The notes beneath the pieces are model-generated. The model searched no databases, had not been told where the DNA came from, and saw only the letters and a list, made by a program, of their open reading frames with translations. A program made the position numbers and the translations under genes. Of a stretch of 64,000 nt of DNA, positions 62,253 through 64,000 are shown one piece after another. Each line of letters begins with the position of its first letter. Position 1 is the first letter of the stretch. Origin of the DNA: Psammoneis japonica (taxonomy: Eukaryota); contig QPGO01000172.1 in the NCBI GenBank assembly GCA_008632985.1, forward strand, positions 62,001-126,000. The letters run 5' to 3'.

Positions 62253-64000
62253 ACTGTTGTCAAGAAAAGTTGACGCTGTGCTGGCAACCATTTCAAAATC
62301 TTGTTGGAACATTGGACGTTGCAGTCCAGCTGACAAGTTGCAAACAAAAGCGCCACTCTGCTGGCACGGCACATGGGATTGGTTTTCCTTGTCCTTTGTG
62401 AGATGCATTTGAGCACAAATGATGAACTGCGTCTAACTCCTGAGTCAGCTCATCAACAAACGCTCGTGCCAAACACTGAGTCAAAGGGAATGTCGCCCAT
62501 CCCTTGTCACAGCACTGGATGACAATGGCTGCCCATCCAGCGTTTTTGTCATGTCAAAGCTTCCCAACTGCGGCAGGTGAAAATGACAAGTCCCAAGATC
62601 CAACAAGTTGTCACAGCTGTGAAAGGTGCATGTGAGCTCCACATCAAATGTGCAATCTGCCGCATGTGTCGGCTTGGAGAGCTCCCTCTTGTGGCACTCC
62701 AATGACTTGAAATGCTGTCAAAGCAAATTTGTGCTCTGTGGCATGTCAGCTTGTGGTGCGTGAGGTTCATTCCGGGGCAAGTCTGTGCTGAAGCTCTGTG
62801 CTCCACTGGCAAGGAGCTCTGGCATGCGCAGCTCTTGCAAGATGAGATCTGCGACCACACCCTGTGACAGTCTGCAAACAAAGCTCTTGATGATGTTTCC
62901 AATCAAAGGAGGTGGTGCCGGATTCAGAAGCTTTTGGAGCATGTCACCAAAGTGAACGCGTGACATTTTCAATGGCTCTTTGAACTGTCCTTGAACTGGC
63001 ACTTGCTTCTTCACCCTTGAGCGTTGCTCAGCATGCACATCGTGAGGTTGTGTTTCAAAGCCGAGCGAGAATGCTCTGCCCTTGAACAGTGGGGACTCAA
63101 ACTCTGTGCAGGGGCACCAACCGGGTGTGTTGCTTGCTGCAGTTTCCTGTTGTGATTGTGTCGTCGGACATCTGCATGAGTGACAGCTGATGAGGCCAGT
63201 CAGCAACATGATGCAGGAGCAACTTGAGAGCTTTTGCCAAGCATCTTTACATTCGCTTGCTGAGACACCACAGCATTCACCAAATGGCGCCATGTTCAAT
63301 GTCAGTGGAAGTGCCTTTTGGCACCTTTGGACCACCAACTCATGGGCAGAGAGTGGATCACTGCCATCAACCACTGGACACAATGACTCAGTGCCAGATG
63401 ATGTGGCACCCCACTCTGTGCAAAGAGCTGTTGTTCCCATTTCCATTCATTCGTCCTCCAAGCCAGTCGTGGCTGGAGACGATGCAACTCGAGACACATC
63501 AAAACCACTCAACGATGCCACTCAAACCTGGATGACTTGAGACAATGCCTTTCAAGAGAAGAACCTGCAGAAGATGCAAAATGAATGAATGAACATCAAA
63601 GCATGGGTCAGTGTGAGTTGCAAGTTGCAAAGTGCCGATGCAAGGCCAGACGAGTGCCGCCAATGTGTCTCGCCACAGATCACACAAAAAGCATGCCCCC
63701 AAGACAGGGGACACTTTTCTCATCTGTGACAAAGAGATGACAGCAAAACGGCGTGAAACAGAGGAGGTGCATTGAACGAATGAACATCAAAGCACGGGTT
63801 TGCCAAACTCATCGAAGACAACTGCGAAAAGACCCGTGTTTCGATTTCCACATGACGACAACTCTCTGTTTCTTGCCAAACCAAGGGCCTCACCTGACAA
63901 TTCGACCTCCCAAAAGCAATGTGCGCATCTTCAAAGAAGGAAAATGATCAAGAACAGCTCAAACAAGGCAGACAAATGCTGTTGTGTGGGCCGGCTGTGC

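Larger units (their letters stand above)
53010..64000. other. TpA-depleted hypermutated domain 5 (runs off the window end)
   Basis: TA almost confined to the MITE interiors. Confidence 0.9.

Noticed and set aside
13190..64000. Dense overlapping Cys/His-rich ORFs as metal-binding proteins or an alternative genetic code
   Set aside because: Explained by loss of TA, which removes TAA/TAG stops and Tyr codons. Intact genes nearby use the standard code.
62420..64000. CACTA/Plavaka-like transposase remnant on the minus strand
   Set aside because: Too degraded, with no convincing catalytic motifs

Overview
This is eukaryotic nuclear DNA, most likely from a diatom or similar stramenopile, judged from short GT-AG introns and diatom-style gene families; the species is not identifiable. 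The window is rich in pseudogenes and transposons. Apparently intact genes are PP1 phosphatase (42499-43776), mitochondrial-type cytochrome c peroxidase (43956-45083) and an F-box/LRR-like Cys-rich protein (49644-50750). Decayed fragments include two CNNM/CBS copies, TatD, a TIR domain, an aquaglyceroporin, ornithine decarboxylase and ankyrin proteins. The dominant unexplained signal is that about half the window lies in sharply bounded multi-kb domains (approx. 4.3-7.0, 13.2-17.4, 25.3-36.7, 40.2-42.5 and 53.0-64.0 kb) from which TpA has been almost erased. Copies of the same element show one ancestral TA read as TG in one copy and CA in another. This indicates double-strand A>G hypermutation at TpA, the opposite direction to fungal RIP, and it appears to favour TAY. 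The domains contain a GCM-domain Mutator-like transposase with a USP-like peptidase, an IS630/Tc1-like transposase and six copies of an unclassified GAC-terminal MITE family with 4-bp TSDs. A 514-bp TA-target MITE splits one gene exactly at a domain edge: its left TSD is TA and its right TSD is TG. All family calls come from motif recognition by eye, with no database search.
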